From Cyanophora paradoxa CCMP329 (Eukaryota > Plantae > Glaucophyta), in the NCBI GenBank assembly GCA_004431415.1, contig QPMI01000479.1, positions 116,175 through 180,174 on the forward strand: a stretch of DNA of 64,000 nt, in the 5' to 3' direction. The stretch's first letter is position 1; every line of letters starts with the position of its first letter. The notes under the pieces were generated by a model that saw nothing but the letters and a program-made list of their open reading frames with translations, did no database searches and was not told where the DNA came from. Both the position numbers and the translations under genes were made by a program. Below are positions 33,611 to 44,867 of this stretch, piece after piece.

Positions 33611-34620
33611 TTACGCAAAACTCGCAATTACAGGATAAGATGGATGGGTTTCCGCCATCCTCCTCTTGAAATATTCATACACAGGATCACCAGCAGGTTC
33701 ATCACCATATCGAATTTCGAAGGTGAGGTGCACAGGTTGACCTTCGAAATCAATTGGTTCATTAATTGCATTCACAATGTCAACCGAAAATGTGGAGAGC
33801 CCCAGATTCTTGTTATAGTATTTATAAATCGGATGGGCTTCTGTTGAATTATAAACGACATGCTCACCATAATCTTTATCAGGAACCACGATTTTGTGGA
33901 AATATCCAGTGAGGAGACCATCACCACATTGCACAAGATCACCCAGCTCTTTTACTCTCACAAATAGGACACTATCCCTGGTCTTCTCGGTTCAAATGAA
34001 GATATAATACCATGCACCATCGACCCAGTGAAGATACCATCAGTAAGAGTATTATAAACCTGAGATTGGATTGGTGTGTTACCATATCTTCCAGGATCAA
34101 GACCAAGCAGTCGAGCAGAACTCAAAAACCTCTGAATCTGTGCCTGGGTTGGGTTAATTGCGGTTGAGAAAGCCAGGTAAAACGGTATGGTGGAATGGAA
34201 TATTACTCGTTTCAGTGTATCATCCCATTTGCAACGAATAGCTACTGCTGGTTCTCTCAATGCAAGTTTGGAGTTAATTACATTCACCAGTTGTTGGTGG
34301 TTTTGAATGGGTGTGCTGCGACTTATCACAATGTGTTTCCATGATTCATAATCGGCAGCAGGTCGATCAGTTGGAATACCAGTGCTTCCTGCACCAGCAT
34401 AACTTTCAGACCAATAAAGGTAGAATGCATTATCTATTGTCACATCTCCTACTTTGGTTTCACCACTCACCATGGGGATGCTGTTATAGAATTCTGCTGA
34501 GACCAGTCTTACTGCTCTTACAAATTCATATGTGCTGGGGAGGCGAGCAATAAAACTCGAAGTAGGTCCATCTCCCGAAATTGTATTGAAAGAGCTCACT
34601 TCAATGTAATCCACAGGCAT
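33611..34620 (-). CDS. Minor capsid (penton-like) protein 1 (G2/G3 frameshift near 33990)
   Basis: Intact as 336 aa at 55036-56046. YIEVSS...VRLVSAEFYN N-terminus and IDFEGQPVHLTFEI C-terminus. Confidence 0.72.
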
Positions 34621-34648
34621 CTTCTTTTATCTATAAACATATATTAAA

Positions 34649-35581
34649 ATGATTCGGCTGGTCAATATAGATAGCAGAGACCGATCAGATGGACAAATAG
34701 AAAACTCCTACAAAGTTTCACTCACAACCCCAGTGACCAAACCAAGAGAATGTCGAGTTTTGTATGCAGAGATCCCCAACAGCATCTATAACTCCATTGG
34801 AACAGACCACCTTCTTGTCAGATTCTACTACCAAGGCATCTCTGAAACCAAGCAGGTCTTCCTTCTCCCAAGTGGTTACATAAATCAAGGTCATTTCGGG
34901 GTCACCACTCCATATAATTATGGTCTGAATTTCACATTTACTGGGAGCAACAATCTCACATATGCATTCAAGGTCTACTACAACCCTACCTCCTACAAAT
35001 TGGAGTTTTACAGTAATGTTCAATTCGATATGGTTGCATCTACACAGAGATTGGGTAAACTTCTTGGTGTGAGTTCAGTGGAGTGGGTGGCTTCCACTGA
35101 ACAGATTTACGATTTCCCAGAGTCTGCAAGGTCTTTATATGCCCCCGAGAATTTCCTTTATTTCGCAGGAATACCAATCACCCCAAACCATCCCCAATGG
35201 GGAATCACATTCACAGGATATGAATTCGAGGCATCTCGCTTAAACTACAAGTTAGAAGCTTCCAAGATGACAGATATGAATGCAGAACAGTATTTATACA
35301 TGCACATTAAAGAACTCTCCCCATTTGCTACAAACCACAATATTGTCCCACAATCTCAACCACAGAATCAAGGAGCGATTCTCAGATTGCAATTAAGTAA
35401 AGATATTGGACAGTATGTTTATCACAGTGGAGAGCACAGTGAATACATAAAAATAACCGATCGAAACCTTGTGATTAGAGAGTTAACAGTTGAGTTTCGC
35501 GATTATTATGGTGATCTTGTAGATATGAATGGAATTGACAACTCATTCCAGTTAGAGTTCTTGGCTATTGGTAATGATTAA
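34649..35581 (+). CDS. Minor capsid (penton-like) protein 2
   Basis: NIDSRDR...AEIPNS and LTVEFRDYYGDLVDMNGIDNSFQLEF motifs typical of single jelly-roll pentons. Confidence 0.8.
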   Translation: MIRLVNIDSRDRSDGQIENSYKVSLTTPVTKPRECRVLYAEIPNSIYNSIGTDHLLVRFYYQGISETKQVFLLPSGYINQGHFGVTTPYNYGLNFTFTGSNNLTYAFKVYYNPTSYKLEFYSNVQFDMVASTQRLGKLLGVSSVEWVASTEQIYDFPESARSLYAPENFLYFAGIPITPNHPQWGITFTGYEFEASRLNYKLEASKMTDMNAEQYLYMHIKELSPFATNHNIVPQSQPQNQGAILRLQLSKDIGQYVYHSGEHSEYIKITDRNLVIRELTVEFRDYYGDLVDMNGIDNSFQLEFLAIGND

Positions 35582-35867
35582 ACCGATCCTGATAGAAGAA
35601 CTCCCCATCTGTCTCGAAAATATTAAGAATGGGACTCTTTCGATCTTCTGTATACCATCGGCGAATTGTCTTATCCCATTTAGCACCATTCTTTTTCAAG
35701 AATCTACAAAGAGTTGATCTCCTTGTAATTCGCAATCCCATCTCTTGAAAGATCTCATAATGATCTTGTATTCTTTTCACAATCAAGATGTAAGTCCCAT
35801 GGAAATTGTGATATTGCTGGTTAATCGGCATGTTTCCTTTACAGCATGATGGGAAATCGTTTGTCAT
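35565..35867 (-). CDS. Small DUF5710-like protein (start 35867 or 35831)
   Basis: LKKNGAKWDKTIRRWY motif. The upstream extension in the ORF track is TIR sequence. Confidence 0.6.
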   Translation of the reverse strand: MTNDFPSCCKGNMPINQQYHNFHGTYILIVKRIQDHYEIFQEMGLRITRRSTLCRFLKKNGAKWDKTIRRWYTEDRKSPILNIFETDGEFFYQDRFNHYQ

Positions 35868-35878
35868 TTTTTGGCGAA

Positions 35879-37257
35879 ACGAGAGTATCTCATGAGATAG
35901 ATGAGAGAATAACAGGTGTGTTTTCAGGGTTGGAGAAATCGGAGAAACATAGAGTATTGCGATTTCCGAGTTAGTTGACACTGAGAAATTCAGAATTTCA
36001 GATGGTCTTACTGAAAATGGTCAGATAATCGGGTGTGACACCTATTTAATTGACTGTGACGCCTCTTTAATTGACTGTGACGCCTGTGACGCCTGTGACG
36101 CCTACTTTCAAACTTTTTAAAATTTTCAAAAATGACAGACTTCTTAAAACAGCCGTCACAGCCGTCACAGGCGTCACACCCAATTAAAAATGGAATCTCT
36201 TTCTCTTACTGAGATATTCAAAAATATATTCTTGTCTTACTGAAATCCGTCTTGTGACACCTCTGACACCTACAAAACACTATCCATTAATCCACCTTTC
36301 CGAAAATGCGAAGTTGTCTTACTGGAAATGGTCTGCAATTTCGCTGTGACACCTAATTTAATTGAGTGTGACGCCTGTGACGCCTGTGACACCTACTTTC
36401 AAACTTTTTAAAATTTTCAAAAATGACAGACTTCTGAAAACAGGCGTCACAGCCGTCACAGGCGTCACAGACATTCCACCCCTCTTACTGACTTTCTCAA
36501 AAACAAAACTATCTCTTACTGAATATCATTTGAATACTACCTGTCACACTTGATCTCAATTATTCTGTTTTATAGAACATATGCAATCTAATCGATTGTT
36601 CAATTGGAGACCATGCAACTCTGTGACACTTTTTCGGTGCAAAAATGTAAATCCGCAATTCCATCGATTGTTTAATTGGACGTGATGCAGTTCCGATATA
36701 TTCCAATAGAAAATCCCGCAATCTGATCGATTGTTTAACTGGACATAATGCAACTCTGTGACACTTTTTCGGTGCAAAAATGTAAATCCGCAATTCCATC
36801 GATTGTTTAATTGGACATGATGCAACTCTGTGACACTTTTTGCGTTTTTCGATACAGAATGGGCGGTGGTCTACTTCAATACCAGAGAGATATATCGAGT
36901 TTATGCGAATTTATGCGAATTTATGCGAATTAATCGCGATTATATCGTTCTTTAAGTAGTTTAATGTTAATCAATCGAAGTTATATATGTAATCGACAAA
37001 GAACATAATATATCGATATAATATCGATCGAATCAATCGTGAATATGCATTAAATTAAACGCGTTTATCATTTTTAATACAAAGTTTGCATTAATTTATA
37101 CAAAGTTTGCATAAAAAGTTAAAGAAATTAATCGATAAATATGTATTTTAGTAGTTAAATTAACACATATTGAAAAACGAATTTAAATCCAGAGTGAATC
37201 GAGATCGCGAAGCGATCGAGATGAACGAGGGATTTAAATTCGTTTTTCAATATGTGT
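35879..37257 (-). repeat. Right TIR of the inner element (hairpin 37163-37257)
   Basis: Reverse complement of 11329-12707. Confidence 0.95.
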
Positions 37258-37263
37258 AGTAGC
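37258..37263 (+). repeat. Target-site duplication AGTAGC (partners 11323-11328 and 4182-4187)
   Basis: The uninterrupted gene reads CCTT-AGTAGC-AAGCC at 18461-18475. Confidence 0.9.
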
Positions 37264-40200
37264 AAGCCATCCCTGAACTGTGTTAGAAGAGGTTAGAGGA
37301 GCTATCTGAGCATTCACAGTCGCTGTATCAGCCTTTGGAGCCAACCAACCCTGCACCACATTGGACGTAGTGTAGTTTGGAATGGTAGCGTTTGAACTAA
37401 CTATTATGTTCTCAATGTGAACATAATCAGCAGCGATTCGTAGATTGTCAGGATAATACAGTGATTGCGTTTTTGGAAAACCGTAATAATCCTGAATATA
37501 GTATCTCACCCTTTGCTTCTCTTCAAACGTTAATGCTCTATTGAAAATGATGTATTCGGCTACATCACCTATGAAATAGTCGACTCCCATTCGATTGAAA
37601 GTTGAAGCGGGAAGGTAATTTGTTCCTGTAAATGTTCCTACATCTTGTCCCCCAATACCAAAGGTTATAGCATTAGAAGTTATGGTGGTGTCCCAATAAT
37701 TGGCTGAGTGTGAGGCATAGTTAGTATTTACTCTTGGAGCTGGGTAACTCACCCCATTGCTCGTAAATGAATACAAGCCAAATGATAAAGATGACACATA
37801 CCCAAATGCTATTTTATGGTTTCCATCAGGAGAACCAAAATCTAAATGAACTGTTTGCCAATTTGGTGCAGAGTAGTGACTACCTACATAGAACAGTGTC
37901 ATGCCCTCTGACCAATCAACAGTCACAGAGTAGTTTATGAATGCCGCCGCAGTATACCCACCTGACTTTCTTACCACTTTTCGGTTGTTCAATGCAGCAT
38001 TAGCTGCAACAGTTCCACTACTTCCCCAAAATGGGAAAGTAATCCCTGAAATAAATGGCACAGCTGCTGTCGCTCTATTGGGGATGAACTGATTGTAAGG
38101 ATTTGTGTTAACAGGAAGCCCATCCATTCTCATTGTATAGAGGCATTTCGAAATGGTTGTAGCAGGGTCAGTGTTGGAATTAATTGGGTAGTAGGGTGTG
38201 TCATATGTCACATTCAATAGAGTTCCATAGGTTCCTAATTCGAAGTTGCTGGATACTTTCAGACTGCCTGCAATGGTGACATTATTACTTGTATAAATGT
38301 TACTTGTGTAAAGGTTGCTTGTGTAAATATTACTATTAACTGTCAGGTTTCCTGTGATTGTCCCACCCACCAGAGGAAGATACTTGGATAATTCGGCTGC
38401 AAGTTCATTTTTAGTTACATAATTTGCGAGCATAGCAAGGGTGACTATATTCACAAGAACAACAGCAGTAAGGTAATCCTCTGTGACCACTCTCGAAATA
38501 TTTTCGTTGTGTATGTTTTTTGCAGCCATCCTCTGATTGGCTTCCAGAACCCCACCATAATCTGTTTTAATCCATGCAAGCTCTGCCCTCCCATAATTAT
38601 CATTTGCAGTTCCCACTATGGGAATGTAGGAGTATTTATCTCGACTGAAAACTATCATTGGTCTTGATCCATCCAGACTGCTCACATCTGCAACATGAAC
38701 CTGTATAGCTGCATTGTAATTTTGGTAGGTTGCTGGGTCTGTTGGAACTCTAAAAGTATCTGTGGGTATGTCAACCTCCATGTAGCTTGACACAAAGATA
38801 TTTGGTATGGTTGCTCCTGGTTCTGGTGGTGGATTATAAGAGCCTGGTAATGTTCTAATATGCAATGGTCCTATCATAGCTGAATTTGCAAGTGTCCCTT
38901 CCACATGAACATAGTGGTGATTCAAAAAGATCCTTTCAGGGACATTGCAAGTCTGGTAAAGAGAAACTCCCAGAGTAGCAAGAGGCTCTACTTTTGCGAA
39001 TTCTGGTTGGTCATTGATCTCATCCCAGGTGTGTTCATGGTTGCTTGCTGCAAACTTATCTGGTATCCCATCCAGATCACCCCAGTCATGCCTGTGATCC
39101 TCTGGTGGGAATTTCTCTGGTTTACCTAATATCTCATCCCAGTCATGGTTGTGATCCTCTGGTGGAAATCTTGCTGGTTTGTTATTGATCTGCTCCCAAT
39201 CTGGGAAGAACTCCCAAATCTCTGGGCGAAATCCATCTGGTAATAATTCTTCATGGGGTTCATATGGTTGCTCATAATCAACAACTGGTGGTTCGAGACC
39301 ATCTGCTAAATATTCCTCATGGGGTTCATAATTCTGCTCATATTCATACTCTTGTGGATCTAAACCATCTGGTAAATACTCTTCCTCATTGGGATCATAT
39401 TGATCATATTCATACTCTTGTGGGTCGAAACCATCAGGTAGGTATTCCTCCTCATCTGGAACGAATTGGTATTCGTCAAGCTCCAAAATATCAATTTCAG
39501 GAGGTAAATATTGCTCATCAATTTGCTTTCTTGGTTCAATTATAGGTTTATTTCGAACCTGCTCCCAACTCACAATGTGTTGACCAAAAGGAACTGTCTC
39601 ATCTGCTGTGTATTCTCTTCCTGGTTGCTTTTTGGGTGTTAAATCTGGTGGATCCCATGGTAGTGGGAAGGGAACTGGGACAGGTCCATAATACTCAAAG
39701 ATCTCTCTTATGGTCTTCTCACTTACAAGTTTCTCTCCATTTGCATAGACATTGCTTCCATGGATATTTCGCCATTGTCTGGTTCTAATACCAAGATCTT
39801 TGGTGTTTGTCACCAAAGGTAAAAGGTGCCTATCCATTTCGACAAGGTCTGGGTGTAAATGAACTGTTACTGGTTGAGTGGGGCTACTGTTGACAGTGAT
39901 AGACGCCTTATTCTTTGCTGTATCACCAGGTAGTTGGAAACCGAATTGCGCATTAGAAGCCGAATTCGCCACAATATCTCGTGGATAAACATTGTTAGTG
40001 AACTCGATTTTGTTGGTTTCTCCATGGGGGGCTATCTGTAATATTTCGGGAATTTGTGCAATTGCATTTGATCCTTCATTATAGATTCTCAAACCACTCT
40101 GATGCCCACCCTTCTCATTTTGAACATTGAATATTAACCTACCACTATCGAATCGAGTTGGAATATCTGGGTGGGTTCCACTGGTTTTCAGTTTTCTTGG

Positions 40201-40470
40201 TCTGCTCCTGGTTGCTTTAATCTGGGCTACCTGATTCGATTTCACATTTCCCATGCTGAAAGCAACACTCACATCCTCCTTTTCGGGATCCATTTCGTTT
40301 ATTGAAAGTGCATGCTCTCTTGGGTGAGTCTTTGAGGGTTCATCTGCACTGTGGTCAATTGAGATTGACCCTCTGGCTGTCAAGTTATCGAAATTTACAT
40401 GTTTGTTATCTGTCTTCCCTCTTCCTGATGAGGGAATGGTTTGTAGGTTTGCTGGATAATTGAAACTCAT
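37258..40470 (-). pseudogene. 5' half of the outer giant fibre gene, interrupted by the nested insertion
   Basis: The 1,078-aa ORF runs into the TIR (...QGWLAT|THIEKRI*). Confidence 0.9.
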
Positions 40471-40519
40471 CCCTGTTTACTCTACTTATAGAGATTTATT
40501 AAATTTGAGTTAAGTAAAT

Positions 40520-42060
40520 ATGCCTTTGAAGATTTGCCTCAGTCTCTCAGGTGGGGGAGCTCGTGGTATAATTATTACGAGATTGCTAAAAGAAATCGAA
40601 ACTCGAACAGGAAAAAGAGTAATAGATCTTGTTGACCTGGTGAGTGGAACATCCACTGGTGGGATAATTGCGATTGGTCTCAATGTGAAAAATCCCGAAT
40701 TTCCAAACGAACCTAAACTCACAGCAACCGATTTGCATTCCACTTATCTCAATCAACTCCCCTTAATCTTTGCAAATCCCAGAAATATTATTGATAATGC
40801 ACTTTTCAACACCAAGTATGATGTGACCCCATTGGAGACAGCCATTCTCACTGTTACTGGTGAGTCTCTCATTCAAGACTCTCTAAAAGATGTAGTGATC
40901 ACAAGTTTTGACACTGTGAGTATGAAGCCCATTTTTATCACCAATGATAACTCCTACAAATCCATCCCCAGCAAGATTGCTGCAAGATCCACCTCTGCTG
41001 CTCCAACATATTTCTCACCTGTGAACTATGATGGGATGTCTCTTATTGATGGTGCAATCTCAGGTAACAACAATCCCAGTGTATGTGGTTACAGTCATGC
41101 TAAGAAGATCTATGATGATGATGATGATATAATTGTGATCAGTATATCCTGTGGTGAAGTCAATGAAACAGATGCTCCAAATGTGGGTTACTCTTATGAA
41201 GATGTGAACAGCTGGGGCATCCTCTCTTGGATTGCTTCGACCTCTGGAAGTCCATTAATCAATATGTTGATGGCTGCAAGTGAACTGTCTGCTCTGGAAA
41301 AGATGCAAGAGTTTCTCCCATACAATGATGATCAAGGATATGCAAGATATTATAGACTCTCTGTTCCACTTCCAAAGACCATAGTAAACTCTTTGGATGA
41401 TACCTCTAAAATACCAGATATGATAGATGCAACCGAAATATATATAGCAGCAAACACTGTGATGATTGATAGACTCTGTGATTTACTGGTTGCAAATTAC
41501 GAAATCAAGAACCCTGCAAGGTTCTATATATCATCCACTCTGAATAACATACCTCCCATTGATGCTAACTGGTATCTTCTATCAGATGGTGCATTCACTG
41601 CTTCATCATCAAAAATTGGAAGGGAGGCATTTAAAGCAAGACCTTCCTTGACAGGTTGGGAAGCAAATGCATCTGCTCCTGATGGGATATGGAGTGTTCC
41701 CACTGAGTATCTCCAAGTAACCTTCCCATACATATTTGAGGTTGCATCTATAATTGCATATGGTTCTGGTGTAACAAACGCTTTTATTAAGACCTTCAAT
41801 GTTGCAACATCACAAGATGGTGTTTCCTGGTCATTTATCAAGTATGAAGGTGTCAACAGAGTGTTTATGTGTGAAACTATTAATAATGCCCACAACAGTG
41901 GTGATGTCTCATACAGTTCTGGGTATCCCACCTCTATTAGAGACGTTTTCTATATTGGCTACCCTCTGAGGACAAGGTATATTCGAATTTATCCACTTGT
42001 ATACATCAACACCCAACTATGAGAGTGGATGTCACAGGTGCATTTATTCGAAGTGTATGA
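40520..42060 (+). CDS. Patatin-discoidin fusion (1-nt indel near 42010)
   Basis: Copy of 21726-23267. Confidence 0.85.
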
Positions 42061-42510
42061 TACATCAGGACTTCTGATGTATGGTGCACCAGATTATGGC
42101 TTTTTTTACAGTAGCTACTGTATTTTGCATTATTTTACTGTATGTTCCTTACATTAGAAAGTAGCCGATAAATCGTTTTTTCGAAATATATGTATGAAAT
42201 ATATACGTATATATACTTGATACCTACACCATCGTGTAGGTCTTTTTAAGCGCTTTCCAGCGCTATGTCGACGGTCGCGATCTGATGATCTGGTGGTGAG
42301 ATACAAGCGTTTGAAGATGCCGACAGCCCCACAGTGGGAACGTTAGGCGATGCCGACAGTAGTAACGCGAACCGTCAAGTATATATGCGCATATATACAT
42401 TTTGACCACAAAATCGCGGATTGGTCGGTCGCCAACTCGGGGGGCTCAGTGTCACACGAAATGTATGGTATATATATATATGATGAAACAAGTGATGTCA
42501 TGACGTCATA

Positions 42511-42890
42511 ATGGTTGCGCAACCTGGTTGCGATGATGCAACCATGGTTGCGATATGATGCAACCATGATGCAACCATGGTTGCGCTGGTTGCGCAACCA
42601 GGTTGCGCAACCAATTTTTTTCCCATTGAGTGGTTGCGCAACCTGGTTGCGATGATGCAACGATGGTTGCGATGATGGTTGCGATGATGCAACCATGGTT
42701 GCGATGATGGTTGCGATGACGCGCAACCATTTTGCGATTCATAGAATTATCCGATTGACCGAAACTTCACCGAAACTCCACCGAAACTTCACCGAAACTT
42801 CACCGAAACTTCACCGAAACTTTTCCGAAACTTCACCGAAACTTCACCGAAACTTCACCGAAACTTCACCGAAACTTCACCGAAACTTCA
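42511..42890. repeat. GGTTGCG array plus ACCGAAACTTC tandem repeat (outer allele)
   Basis: Rearranged counterpart of 23716-24092. Confidence 0.9.
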
Positions 42891-43050
42891 ATATCGGTCA
42901 TACATATGTATTTTATTACCAGGTGCTCCGTTTTTAAATCTGAAAACAGATTCGGAATCGCCACGATAGCGCCAATCAGGATTCGTCGTGATCGGGCACT
43001 TACAAAATAAAAAATTGACAAGGAGTTTCTGGATTCTCCAAACTTCTGCT

Positions 43051-43293
43051 ATGGATCCCATCTACCAAGACCCTGCTATCATCCATGCTGCCCAGTCAGA
43101 CTGGATCCATGATTTCAAGACTGCTTTCTATTACAATTTCTTCATGTCACAGCCAGAGCATGTGAGACTGTTCTTTGTTTATAATTACCAACTGGTCTCA
43201 AACCTTGAAACTTTCTTCTTGGAAATTATTGAAAAAGATAGACAAATGAGGAAAATTCGCCAGAGGTCTAAGAGATTCCGAAAGCGTTGTTAA
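43051..43293 (+). CDS. 80-aa hypothetical protein
   Basis: Copy of 24260-24502. Confidence 0.65.
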   Translation: MDPIYQDPAIIHAAQSDWIHDFKTAFYYNFFMSQPEHVRLFFVYNYQLVSNLETFFLEIIEKDRQMRKIRQRSKRFRKRC

Positions 43294-43294
43294 T

Positions 43295-44684
43295 CTATTT
43301 CCTCTGCCCTCTTCGTAGATTGAATCGAGTTTGGGGTGCAGTATATGTTTCTTTGGTGGTTGAAAAGTCATTATACCACCTCTGACTGTTGACTTCTGGT
43401 TCCTGCTATGGTCAACTTCTTTAATTCTTTCTCTACTCTACCCTTCTTTTGTGCTCTTGCTTCTGTGAGGGGTTCTTTTGGTATTTCACTTGCTTTTTCT
43501 ATGCCCTCCTTTCTGATTGCTGAATCAACCCTGGCTTCCTCCTTTGCCTGTTCAAGAGCATCCACTGTGGGAGTTTCATGATACTCAACACCTTTAATGG
43601 GCAGCAGTTCATGAAAAGCGAATCTACCATCAACTATCTCACCACTGGGACTTTTTATTCTGAACTTGAAGCCCTCTCTACCCTCCACACTATAAACAAT
43701 TCGAGACCAATTAACTCCCTGCTTTGCAAATGGGTTCTTTTCAACTTTCACTCTCACAAACATTCCAGGTTTCAGAGCATCAAGATACTCAATTGATTTC
43801 TTGAATCTCTGATCCTCCATATTCACAATCTCTTTGTAGTGGGCTTCTGTGGTCTCTGCTGGTTTCCTCTTGGTTGCAGAGTGAATGGTATTATTATAAT
43901 TATACTCAATATCACCCAACACATCAAAAAATCGTGCAGTATTATTTGCAATGCAGTAGTTTGTGATCAATCTCTTGATCTGTCTGTTAAAGGCTTCAAT
44001 TCGACCTTGGGTTCTGTGATCTGCAACATCACTTAGTTGATGCTCAATGAATTTGGTTCCCAGATAATCTGTGAATAATACATTGGTAAATTCGCTTCCA
44101 CTGTCACTCTGAATGCGAACAATTGGTCTGGGGACTCTTTGTTCAAGTTGCTTGAATGCTGCAAGTGTAGTAAGAGCACTCTTGTCTCTCATTGGGATTA
44201 TGAACCCTGTTCTCAGGGTTGATTCCATTGCACTCATAAATGTATCATAACCATCATTCTGCTTTTTGTATGCAGGAAAGAAGAGCAGATCAATCACATA
44301 TGTATCAAGGGGTTGCCTAATTGGAATCATGGGATCTCTCTTTCGAGATAGAGTGGGTGCATTAATTTGGACAACCTCCTGCTTATCATACCATTCTCTC
44401 ATCTTCTTGTAGTTCTCCTCTGGTAGTTCCTGTCTCATTGCAGTAAATCCTTTGTAGCCTGTCCTGGGATCATAGAACTTCTTAGCAATCTTCGACTCTT
44501 TTGGTGCTGTCTCAGCTGGGAGGGTCTCTGGGATTAATTGCTTGACCATCTCTGATCTTTTCAATATTCGACTGCTTTTCTCTTCCACTGGAACTGTGAT
44601 AGGTAGGATATTCCCTCGATCTTCAATTGCCTCTTTTCTCACAATTCTTGGTGGTTGTCTCAATCCTATTTGTGTGGAAGGCAT
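43295..44684 (-). CDS. rve integrase; 11-bp deletion near 43397 truncates the C-terminal tail, DDE core intact
   Basis: Comparison with 24504-25904. Confidence 0.9.
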
Positions 44685-44867
44685 CTTTACCTTATCTCTC
44701 ATATAATAAATGCAAGAGTCTGTGTGGAAAGAGAACACAATTCCAAACTATTTTGCAATCGAGCCCAATGACCCTGGATTAAGATGTATTTGGCTGCTGC
44801 ATTTAATTCGCGGTTTATTACTTCTTGGAGAGCGAAACCAAAGAAAAAGAAAGATTAATGAAGTAGA

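Larger units (their letters stand above)
11329..37257. mobile_element. Inner nested Polinton-like element with both TIRs (25,929 bp), pPolB deleted
   Basis: 1,379-bp TIRs at both ends. Flanked by AGTAGC at 11323-11328 and 37258-37263, and the flanks rejoin to the fibre sequence seen intact at ~18461-18480. Confidence 0.95.

Noticed and set aside
37148-37155. Similarity of TTAGTAG just inside the hairpin to the target site TTAGTAGC, suggesting homology-guided targeting
   Set aside because: Only 7 bp in AT-rich DNA, and the outer element's flank (GAAGAG) does not share it.
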